Below, in pieces: positions 1 to 7,478 of a stretch of DNA of 29,792 nt; positions within the stretch are counted from its first letter, which is position 1, and every line of letters begins with the position of its first letter. This DNA comes from Candidatus Rifleibacteriota bacterium (GTDB lineage Bacteria; Muiribacteriota; Ozemobacteria; Ozemobacterales; Ozemobacteraceae). The translations under genes and the position numbers were made by a program. The notes beneath the pieces are model-generated. The model had not been told where the DNA came from, did not search any database, and saw nothing but the letters and a program-made list of their open reading frames with translations. Location: NCBI GenBank assembly GCA_051747585.1, contig JBNJGH010000038.1, forward strand, positions 1 to 29,792, read 5' to 3'.

Positions 1-1407
1 AAGAAGTTTTTTGCTTTCAGAAGCAAGTTTAATTATATCCAGATCGGTATTCGCCTTTATAGCTTCGGTATAGGCTTCTTTGGCTTTCTTGTATTCTTTC
101 TGCTTTTCCAGAATTTTTCCCAGGTGCAAATGTACTTCACTTGATATAGGCTCGTGGGCGAGCTTAAAAATACCCAGAGATTTTGAAATTATTTGGTGAG
201 CTTTGTCGTAATTGCCTTTTTTATAATGAACCCAGGCAAGTGAATCAAGGTAAGTAGCCCGGTTTATTTTATCAAGCTCGAGGGCTTTTTCAATTAAAAT
301 TTGAGCATAGTTCAGCTCTCGATTTTGATCGGCAAGTAGATAACCGAGGGTGTTGGCGAGGCTACCGTTTTCTGGATAAAGCTTTACCATTTTGCGAAAA
401 ATCTCGATGGCAAGATCGTATTTTTTGCGCTCGAGAAAAGCTGAACCCATAACCGAAAGCACTCTTATGTTGTCGGGGTTATCTTTTAAAAGCGCTTGCC
501 ATTCTTGTTTTGCCCGGTTGAAATCACCCCGTTCATAATATACTACCCCGAGATTGAGTCGCGGGCTTATATCGGTTGCGTTGAGGGAAATCGCACTGCG
601 ATATATTTTTTCGGCCTCTACAAGGTCTTTTGTACTTAAAAAGACATTTCCCAGGTTAATCCTGGCTTTTATGTTTTCAGAGTCTATTTCCAGAACTCTA
701 TTGAATAGGTCTATGGCTCTCTGTTTCTCTCCGAGGATTGAATAAACAAGACCAAGATTATTGAGGGCGTTGATATGTTCAGGATTTTGCCTAAGTACCA
801 GTTCATATTGCTTTACCGAATCGAGAAATTTCCCGACTTCATGGTAAGCAACTCCAAGATTGTAGTGGGCTTCAACCGGAAGATTGGGTTCCATGGCAAA
901 AGCGGTTTCGTAAGATTTTATTGCCTGATTTACTCTCCCGCTGAAATATTGGGACATTCCAAGTAAATACCAGGTATAGGGTTGGTTCCCATTAATATTC
1001 AAGGTTCTTTTTAAGTATCTGGCGGCGGCGTCAAACCTGTCTTGTCTCAGGTAGAGTTTGCCAAGATTCCTTAAGGCTTCCGGATACATTGGTTCGATGG
1101 CAACCGCTTTTCTCAGCATGTCTTCTGCTTTTTCAAGAAGGCCTTCCTGAAGATAAAGCAGGCCAAGAAAGTTGTGTGCCTGCTCTGAGTAAGGGTCGAG
1201 CGATTTGGCCTGAACAAAAAGCTCTTCAGCTTTTTTGTTCTGCTCAAGAATTAAATAATTCAGGCCTTCATGAATCATGGCGGCGGCTCGTTCTTTGCTG
1301 GTTAAATTTTGTTGCTCAGTCCTGGCAGAGCATGTGTCGGCAGCAAACATTGAAACTGTCATAAAAATCAGTAAGCTGCAAATTAAGTTAGTTATTTTTC
1401 TATTCAT
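1..1407 (-). CDS. Secreted multi-TPR protein, 3' end runs off the window (at least 469 codons)
   Basis: Not in the ORF track. Manual translation from ATG 1407 (GAGG RBS upstream) gives MNRKITNLICSLLIFMTVSMFAADTCSA (signal peptide), then TPR units (AHNFLGLLYLQEG..KAEDMLRKAVAIEP; ALRNLGKLYL; AHYNLGVAYHE; YLDSLAWVHYKKG). The same frame reads open at base 1. Confidence 0.88.
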   Translation of the reverse strand, partial: MNRKITNLICSLLIFMTVSMFAADTCSARTEQQNLTSKERAAAMIHEGLNYLILEQNKKAEELFVQAKSLDPYSEQAHNFLGLLYLQEGLLEKAEDMLRKAVAIEPMYPEALRNLGKLYLRQDRFDAAARYLKRTLNINGNQPYTWYLLGMSQYFSGRVNQAIKSYETAFAMEPNLPVEAHYNLGVAYHEVGKFLDSVKQYELVLRQNPEHINALNNLGLVYSILGEKQRAIDLFNRVLEIDSENIKARINLGNVFLSTKDLVEAEKIYRSAISLNATDISPRLNLGVVYYERGDFNRAKQEWQALLKDNPDNIRVLSVMGSAFLERKKYDLAIEIFRKMVKLYPENGSLANTLGYLLADQNRELNYAQILIEKALELDKINRATYLDSLAWVHYKKGNYDKAHQIISKSLGIFKLAHEPISSEVHLHLGKILEKQKEYKKAKEAYTEAIKANTDLDIIKLASESKKLL

Positions 1408-1449
1408 GATGACCTCTATTAACCCGAAAGCGGGTTTGATTAAAATAAT

Positions 1450-1992
1450 TTAAAGGGTGTCATGCATTGCATTTTCTTCAGAAATTGAAGAGTTTATAGC
1501 GCTTTCAAGACTTGCCAGAAGTTCGTTAAAAGCAAATACTTCTTTTTCTATACCCTGTGCTGATGCCAGATAAAGAGCATAGTTGTTGTCATAAATTGCT
1601 CTGATGGCTCTTTTACTGAAAGTTATCATACTATCGGCTGTATCCATGAGCTGTCTAAAAACAAGAGTTTTGTTAGGAACCTCTGAGTGGTATAGAGTAC
1701 CACGAATAAGCTTTAGTCTCGATATAATTTTACGGCCCAGTACCATTATACTTCGGGCATGAGTGTCTGAAGGCTCAAAACGATATCTGGCTCGGTGTCT
1801 CCGGTTGGTGAAGGGGTCGGCCTGCTCCTGCATTTCGTATGAATGTTTCAGGATTTTTTTGTTAAAGCTATAAGCGTCACCAAGGTAGCCGGAAAGTATC
1901 ATGGTTTCTTTGACTCCCTGGTAGGCAGAGGCAGGCATTGCCGCAATTGACAGCATCAATATTAACAAAACCTTAAGTGCTGTATTTTTCAT
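1450..1992 (-). CDS. Hypothetical secreted protein, 180 aa, probably helical
   Basis: ORF with GAAGGAG RBS and a Sec signal peptide ending MPASA. No family recognised. Confidence 0.75.
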   Translation of the reverse strand: MKNTALKVLLILMLSIAAMPASAYQGVKETMILSGYLGDAYSFNKKILKHSYEMQEQADPFTNRRHRARYRFEPSDTHARSIMVLGRKIISRLKLIRGTLYHSEVPNKTLVFRQLMDTADSMITFSKRAIRAIYDNNYALYLASAQGIEKEVFAFNELLASLESAINSSISEENAMHDTL

Positions 1993-2156
1993 CTAAATTC
2001 TCCTTCACTATTAAGTAAATTCTACAGGTTTTCTTACCTAAATATCAATGCTTAACTGAAAAACTCAGCGAGCAGTTCAAAAGGCATATCGTCAGTGACC
2101 CGAAATTTCGTTAGTTTAATGCCGTATTTCTTCTTTTGCTTGTAAAACGCTAAGCT

Positions 2157-2281
2157 AAAGCAGGGGCTCTCGCAAAGATCAAAAAGGGCGCAAAGTAGTC
2201 AGAATGAAAAATTCGAATAGAAGAAAAGAAAGAAAAAAATAGAAAGCAGGGTTTCACGCAAAAAATGATAAGGGCGCTGAG
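2157..2281 (+). repeat. Two degenerate 39-bp direct repeats
   Basis: AAAGCAGGGGCTCTCGCAAAGATCAAAAAGGGCGCAAAG (2157-2195) vs AAAGCAGGGTTTCACGCAAAAAATGATAAGGGCGCTGAG (2243-2281); 29/39 identical by hand count. Confidence 0.55.
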
Positions 2282-2401
2282 GGAAAAAGATTCTCTGTGC
2301 TAATTTTCTTTTTTGGATTTGAGGCTTAGTGTGATAAATATTTTTTTTCTGCAACGAGTTGATAGTAGCTTACCAGGAATTGCTAAGCTGAGTTTAAAAA
2401 A

Positions 2402-2430
2402 TTGACCTTGAGTGGGCTTTGGTGTTTAAT
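2402..2430 (+). promoter_or_regulatory. Sigma70-like promoter for ridA
   Basis: TTGACC-17 nt-TTTAAT, 30 nt upstream of ATG 2461. Confidence 0.5.
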
Positions 2431-2460
2431 CAAGAAAACTTTAAGAAAGGAAAAGGAATT

Positions 2461-2844
2461 ATGAGCAGAAAGATCGTTTCTACCCGGAATGCTCCTGCGG
2501 CAATAGGGCCTTATTCGCAGGCTGTGTGTGCTAACGGGCTGGTTTTTACTTCCGGTCAGGTGCCAATAGTACCTGAGACAAAAAAAATTGAAGCCACCGA
2601 CATAGAGGGGCAAACCAAACAAGTCATGAAAAATCTTAAAGCTGTATTAGAAGCAGCCGGATCTGATTTTTCAAAAGTCATCAAGGCGACAATTTTTTTA
2701 AAAGACCTTGAACATTTTGGCAAAGTTAATGAAATTTACAGCCAGAGCTTTGGTGAAGAACCACCTGCAAGAGCTTGTGTTCAGGTAGCCAGACTGCCTC
2801 TCGACAGCCTGGTTGAAATTGAAATGATTGCCCTTACCGACTAA
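2461..2844 (+). CDS. ridA: RidA/YjgF/UK114 enamine-imine deaminase, 127 aa
   Basis: APAAIGPYSQAV, FTSGQVP, VNEIY..F...PPARACVQVARLP..LVEIE motifs. Start moved to ATG 2461 after AAAGGAAAAGGA. Confidence 0.95.
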   Translation: MSRKIVSTRNAPAAIGPYSQAVCANGLVFTSGQVPIVPETKKIEATDIEGQTKQVMKNLKAVLEAAGSDFSKVIKATIFLKDLEHFGKVNEIYSQSFGEEPPARACVQVARLPLDSLVEIEMIALTD

Positions 2845-2866
2845 AACTTGTCGACAAAACAGTTTA

Positions 2867-2909
2867 AATAAAAAATCCCGACGCTGTTTAAGCATCGGGA
2901 TTTTTTATT
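2867..2909. terminator. Bidirectional intrinsic terminator between ridA and tadG
   Basis: AATAAAAAATCCCGA...TCGGGATTTTTTATT inverted repeat with A/T tails between convergent genes. Confidence 0.85.
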
Positions 2910-2914
2910 GTTTT

Positions 2915-5611
2915 TTAATCTACCGGTACTTCTCCGGGTTTTACAATGTATCTTATAAATTTACCTCTAACCTGGCCGGGTTGATAAGAACCAAGATCTC
3001 CGCTGTCGCCCAGATCATAGTTTTCACCAATTCTGTTGTATTCATCCGGACCAAGTATTTCAAAAACGGCAAAGCCGGTAATTCTTACAGCCGAACCAAA
3101 ATCATAAAGGTCTGGGTCGTAAATTCCATCGGGATGATCGTTGCCCTGTAGATCATAGATGGTCATAGCATCTGCATTATGGGGGTTGTTTGCTGCAACT
3201 TCAGGTGGAACATCGGTAATAGGAACAACCACAATCTTGCTTGGAGCCAAGTCTGAGGTTCCTTCAAGGCGTGCGTCTACTCCCTGATCGGTAGGGCCAC
3301 GCATGTTACCTGATTCGGTAATTACTCTATCGCCTAATTCCATTGGTTGATTAAAGCCGTAAATTATTCTGTCGCGGTAATCATTGGCACCGCCGGCAAC
3401 ATTGTTATCAGGATCAATAGGCCCATAATTACTTTTTTGTTTGCCAGAAATTGTTGTAGTGCCAAGACTGACCTCTACTTTGTCTGTTAGAGCTCCCATA
3501 AGTATACTGTTTAACGGAAGTCTTGCCGTACTCTGGTTTTCGTAAGCTGAGCCTCCCATCATCAGGTATTTGCCGGTTTTATGGTTGCCCATGAGGTATT
3601 TGGCCCAGTCGGGAACTTTGTTCATTTGATAGCCAAGAATAATGACATTACTTTTTGTCTTATCGACTACGAAAGAGTTGGTTAAGCCATTGTCGCTAAA
3701 GCAGGCGTAGTCGAGATTGTGATTCTGACACGCGGGTTCTAAGGGTTCGAGTAGATTGAAGGGGTGTTGTCCGTCAATGGTGTTGATATTGGAATAAAAT
3801 AACTCGTTGTTGGTAAACCGTGGAAAGGTCACATAAGAAAAATCTTCAAATGCCAGGCAGTTTTCATAGGCATTTGTTGCTGACCAGCCATCATAAATTG
3901 CAGCCTGGTAAAGAGCCAGGTCAAGAGTTTCTGCTGTGAAACTCTGGGCAAATAATATGCCACCATTGCCCACATGATCTTTAAGATTGGCCGCAATCTG
4001 CCATTTCATTTTCTGAACTTTGCCTGCTTTGTCGAACCAGCCCGCCAGATCGTTGGGTAGTGCTCGGGAGCCATCTGAATAAACCGCATACTGAGGTTTG
4101 GGCTCCGAACCGGCATCGGAAGTAAAGCCATGGTTGTCGGCAATGGTTCTTAGAAGTTCATCATGCTTACATTGCTTACTTTCGTCTCCGCAGATGGTAA
4201 TATTTGAATTTTCGGCCCAGCGATTACCAAGATAGTCCATTTTATCAACACATCTACGCCTGACGTTCTGACAATTGTGAGTGTCATCGTCGGGGTTCGG
4301 GGCGTAAGTTGGGCTCCATTTATCATTTTTAGTGTTGTAATAATCGCGGCAGTACGGGCAAAAATGCTCGGCTGCAGCAATCCTTGAGCCTTCATTGTTA
4401 AGCTTACCCAGATAGCCATTTTCAAGGAAGTCTCTACAGGTGTAAAGCCAGAATTCACATCCATAGCTCATTCCAGTAAGGTCTTCATCGGTAGATAAAA
4501 CAACCTGGTATTGATCTAAGTTGCCATTCAATATTTCAGAGTCAGAAAAAGTTGAACTGTTTTTATCGCTGAATTTGCTGCTCCTGGTCCAGTTGCCAGG
4601 CAGACTGTAGGGACCGAAGGGTATTTTGGCTTCTGTAAGCACCATCTCGAGAGGTGTTTCTTGTTGGCTGGTTGAATATACAGCTATAGATGGTCTGTCG
4701 TAAAGCTCTTTAATTGTGTGACCTGTGACTCCATAAATTTCGTCCAGTACAGCTTCATCGATTATTTCTTCGTAGTTAACCGAATAAGATTTCAGTATGG
4801 ATTTTACATCGGCATGGTTTGGTACGAGAAAAGATCCGCCACGGTAACCCAATAGCCATTCTACGGGAACAAATCCCTGGTCGTTACTATCCATTTTCAA
4901 ACACCAGTATATTGCTCCATAAGCTGCTGTCAATCCTTCATTTGTCTGTGATTCATCCATGGGAATAAAAATTTTACCCGGATCATAAACTACAGGTTCA
5001 ACTGCATCTGGGTCTTTTTTCCCGCCAGAGCCCAGCTTCAATACGTATTCTGTGTCAGGTCTGAAACCCGTTACTCCGGGTACATCATTGGCAAGATCAT
5101 CGGCAAATAGTTCACATATATAGGTGTTTTTAGAAAGATCTTTTGTTACGCCATGGGGAATAGCGAAGGGTACAACTCCTTGACCGATGTCTTCTTCATG
5201 ATTTTTTCTTCCTGCAGAAACATTAGCGGTATTGAAATTCATAATTCTAGCAAAAAATAGCCCTACATCAACTCGTGCTCTTATTTCAAGACGATTGTTT
5301 GCACCAAAGATAACTTCGAGGTTTTCAAGCTGTTCTGCAGTGAAACCATTTTTTCGCATTACTTCCTCGATGTGAGAAATAATTTGACTCTTTTCATCCT
5401 CATCAAGCGCACCGTCATCTGATTTCATCATCATCATACGGTCGTAACCGGCCTTCCAACCAGCGTTGGTTGCAGTCTGAAGTTTTGACTGGCTGTAATA
5501 CATATAACCTACGTCTGTTACAAGACCAGTCATACTAATAAGAAAAACAGAGGCAAGCGCGGTCATTAATAAAACACTGCCTCTTCTTAAATTTAAAAAC
5601 TTTATAAACAT
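2915..5611 (-). CDS. tadG: Giant TadG-like minor pilin/adhesin (898 aa) with a large inserted domain
   Basis: Prepilin-like N-terminus RRG|SVLLMTAL...TGLVTDVGYMYYSQSKLQTATNAG (Tad domain). C-terminal motifs GVVPFAIP, YVLKLG, NYGPID..GGANDYRDRIIYG, TESGNMRGPT, IVVVPI, VRITGFAVF resemble Firmicutes-type TadG. Lies downstream of two tadE genes. Confidence 0.85.
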   Translation of the reverse strand: MFIKFLNLRRGSVLLMTALASVFLISMTGLVTDVGYMYYSQSKLQTATNAGWKAGYDRMMMMKSDDGALDEDEKSQIISHIEEVMRKNGFTAEQLENLEVIFGANNRLEIRARVDVGLFFARIMNFNTANVSAGRKNHEEDIGQGVVPFAIPHGVTKDLSKNTYICELFADDLANDVPGVTGFRPDTEYVLKLGSGGKKDPDAVEPVVYDPGKIFIPMDESQTNEGLTAAYGAIYWCLKMDSNDQGFVPVEWLLGYRGGSFLVPNHADVKSILKSYSVNYEEIIDEAVLDEIYGVTGHTIKELYDRPSIAVYSTSQQETPLEMVLTEAKIPFGPYSLPGNWTRSSKFSDKNSSTFSDSEILNGNLDQYQVVLSTDEDLTGMSYGCEFWLYTCRDFLENGYLGKLNNEGSRIAAAEHFCPYCRDYYNTKNDKWSPTYAPNPDDDTHNCQNVRRRCVDKMDYLGNRWAENSNITICGDESKQCKHDELLRTIADNHGFTSDAGSEPKPQYAVYSDGSRALPNDLAGWFDKAGKVQKMKWQIAANLKDHVGNGGILFAQSFTAETLDLALYQAAIYDGWSATNAYENCLAFEDFSYVTFPRFTNNELFYSNINTIDGQHPFNLLEPLEPACQNHNLDYACFSDNGLTNSFVVDKTKSNVIILGYQMNKVPDWAKYLMGNHKTGKYLMMGGSAYENQSTARLPLNSILMGALTDKVEVSLGTTTISGKQKSNYGPIDPDNNVAGGANDYRDRIIYGFNQPMELGDRVITESGNMRGPTDQGVDARLEGTSDLAPSKIVVVPITDVPPEVAANNPHNADAMTIYDLQGNDHPDGIYDPDLYDFGSAVRITGFAVFEILGPDEYNRIGENYDLGDSGDLGSYQPGQVRGKFIRYIVKPGEVPVD

Positions 5612-5635
5612 CTGAATTCTCCTCGATCGAGGTTA

Positions 5636-6076
5636 CTACTCTTTTGTTTCACTGGCAGAAGCGCTTATAGTAAGACCTCCATCTTTATTTTGTCCACCTA
5701 CCAATGATCCGATAAATGGAGTAATAAGACTCAGAGTAAAGGAAGCTTTGATTTCAACTGTTTTATCGTTGGTTCCGACTCCGGTAAAAGTTACATTAGA
5801 GTAATTTTCTTTTGGCATCAATGGTGATTGAAATTTCCAGAATGCGTTTTGCACTTCACTGAGCGGTGGGTGGGTCGAAGGTGAAAAAACGTTTCTGGCA
5901 ATCAAGGGGTTAATTCGTTTGGTTGCGGCTCTGGTGGCTTGGACACATTGGTAATTTAAGTTAGACCAAGCATGTAATGCCCGACCAAAATCAAAAATGC
6001 CGATTAGAACAAAAATAAAAATTGGCAGAACCAGTGCCATTTCGACTAAAGCTTGTCCATTTTTTCTTAATTTCAT
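5636..6076 (-). CDS. tadE: TadE-like minor pilin, 146 aa
   Basis: Start moved to ATG 6076 with AGGAGG RBS. MKLRKNG|QALVEMALVLPIFIFVLIGIFDFG is a class III signal with E+5. Confidence 0.92.
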   Translation of the reverse strand: MKLRKNGQALVEMALVLPIFIFVLIGIFDFGRALHAWSNLNYQCVQATRAATKRINPLIARNVFSPSTHPPLSEVQNAFWKFQSPLMPKENYSNVTFTGVGTNDKTVEIKASFTLSLITPFIGSLVGGQNKDGGLTISASASETKE

Positions 6077-6092
6077 TGATTTAACCTCCTGA

Positions 6093-6539
6093 TTAGTGCG
6101 AGGTAACAAGTTCAGGGATTTTGTAAGCGGCCTGGGCTGCCAGTCTGATACTTGATGCTCCGGTAACAGCTTCAAACATTACCTGGTAAAAAGGGGTGTA
6201 GGTTGGGGAATCATAGGTCATTAGGACAGAAACATATTCCCCGCCGGTCTGCGTTAGATCGCTGGTCTGAGGGGGCGAAACCGTGAAGTTTCCTGTCCAC
6301 CACTGTGGTCTACGTGAATTAGCATATTCTATTATTTCAGAATCTGAGGGTACAGTTCCGCTTCCCTGGCTTTCGGCTGCCCATTGTGCGGTATCGTTTG
6401 CTACCTGTTGCAATGACAGGAAATTGTAGAAAGCAAAACCGAAATCTATCAAGCCTCCGACGATTATCAGTATGAAAAAAGGAAAAACAAGAGCCATTTC
6501 GACAATTGCCTGGCCTTTGCGCTTTCTTTTTCTAAACAT
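6093..6539 (-). CDS. tadE: TadE-like minor pilin, 148 aa
   Basis: MFRKRKRKG|QAIVEMALVFPFFILIIVGGLIDFG TadE signature. Confidence 0.92.
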   Translation of the reverse strand: MFRKRKRKGQAIVEMALVFPFFILIIVGGLIDFGFAFYNFLSLQQVANDTAQWAAESQGSGTVPSDSEIIEYANSRRPQWWTGNFTVSPPQTSDLTQTGGEYVSVLMTYDSPTYTPFYQVMFEAVTGASSIRLAAQAAYKIPELVTSH

Positions 6540-6564
6540 AATCCACCCCCACTAATACTTAAAG

Positions 6565-6580
6565 AGCAAAACTTATGCCA
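6565..6580 (-). promoter_or_regulatory. Sigma54 (-24/-12) promoter for tadE-tadE-tadG
   Basis: Minus strand TGGCATAAGTTTTGCT = GG-N10-GC, matching TGGCAC-N5-TTGCW; 25 nt upstream of the tadE ATG. Confidence 0.75.
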
Positions 6581-6679
6581 TTTAAATATATTCAATATTT
6601 AAGGCGGAACAAAGCAATAAAGTCTATACCTTTTCCGCCCCTTACTAATAGAATAAACCAAAAACAACTAAAAATAAAG

Positions 6680-7432
6680 CTCTATCGCTCTCTCTAAAAT
6701 CGTGCTCGTAATCGTTGTCGTTGTCGTTTTCGATTCTCGATACCGAAAAAGAGTTCTCACACAAAGTCGCTGACAAAATTTCGGGATCGCTACTCGGAAT
6801 CGGGTCTCGGGGTCGAGATATTAAAATCATTTTAGAAAAATTTCGAAAATCGAATTCCGATACCGACCCCGACAACCGATTATTGTTGCCTCACACAAAG
6901 CCACTGAGCCACCAAGTTCACAAAGAAAATTATATTTAATTTGAGCAAATTATGATTAGTGTTTTTATAAAGCTTGATAGCTGACAATGCTGTGTATCAT
7001 AACCCTGGATGCCTGCCTTCGCAGGCATGACGGCTAGATTGGTGCTCGTGCTCGTGCTCGTAATCGTTGTCATTGCGAGGAGGGCTTTGTCCGACGAAGC
7101 AATCTAATGTTTCTTCGTCATCGTATATTGGTGGTTGAGCGTTAGTTATACCGGTCATTGAGCGTTAGTCGAAATGACCGTTGAACGTCTAACCGGTCAT
7201 TTCGACGCTTCGACCCAGCGCGGGCTCCGCTCAATGTCCATACTAATCCGTCATTCCTGACCGGTTTTAACCGGATCAGGAATCCAGAATAATCGTCGTT
7301 TTTTATTAAAGAAACAAAACCGTAGGGGGGAAATTTTTTGAACCCCTACCCTCATTATAATTCGTATTCATGACGGCAACAAAAAATTAAACAATTTTGC
7401 TACAGGTGAGGTAAAAACACCTCAGGGCTGTA
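6680..7432. repeat. Cluster of several different REP-like palindromes and 6-bp periodic repeats
   Basis: (NNNTCG)n/(CGANNN)n tracts at 6699-6880 and 7042-7070; CTCACACAAAGYCRCTGA x2 (6756, 6890); inverted CGTCAT-type pair 7005-7033 / 7248-7287; GTCATTGCGAG..GAAGCAATCT 7068-7105; GTCATTGAGCG..TCGAAATGAC pair 7150-7239; GTAGGGG..CCCCTAC 7322-7349; hairpin 7401-7432. Confidence 0.8.
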
Positions 7433-7435
7433 CAA

Positions 7436-7470
7436 AAAAAAAGCCGCTCCAATTTGGAGCGGCTTTTTTT
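7436..7470. terminator. Intrinsic terminator ending the cpaB...lipoprotein unit
   Basis: AAAAAAAGCCGCTCCA-ATT-TGGAGCGGCTTTTTTT, 8 nt past the lipoprotein stop codon. Confidence 0.9.
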
Positions 7471-7478
7471 ATATCGTG

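Noticed and set aside
554..1364. Plus-strand short ORFs at 554, 775 and 1089 (and similar antisense ORFs across the window)
   Set aside because: They are shadows of well-supported genes on the opposite strand.
4150..4464. 104-aa alternate-frame ORF inside tadG
   Set aside because: Same-strand off-frame overlap with no RBS or recognisable motifs; the main frame is uninterrupted.
6645..6939. Small ORFs 6645-6875(-) and 6715-6939(+)
   Set aside because: They are translations of the 6-bp periodic repeats; no RBS and no pilin motif.
6680..7432. Possible CRISPR array or structured ncRNA/riboswitch
   Set aside because: There is no constant repeat with regular unique spacers and no cas gene. The units match dispersed REP-like palindromes, and I recognised no riboswitch consensus.
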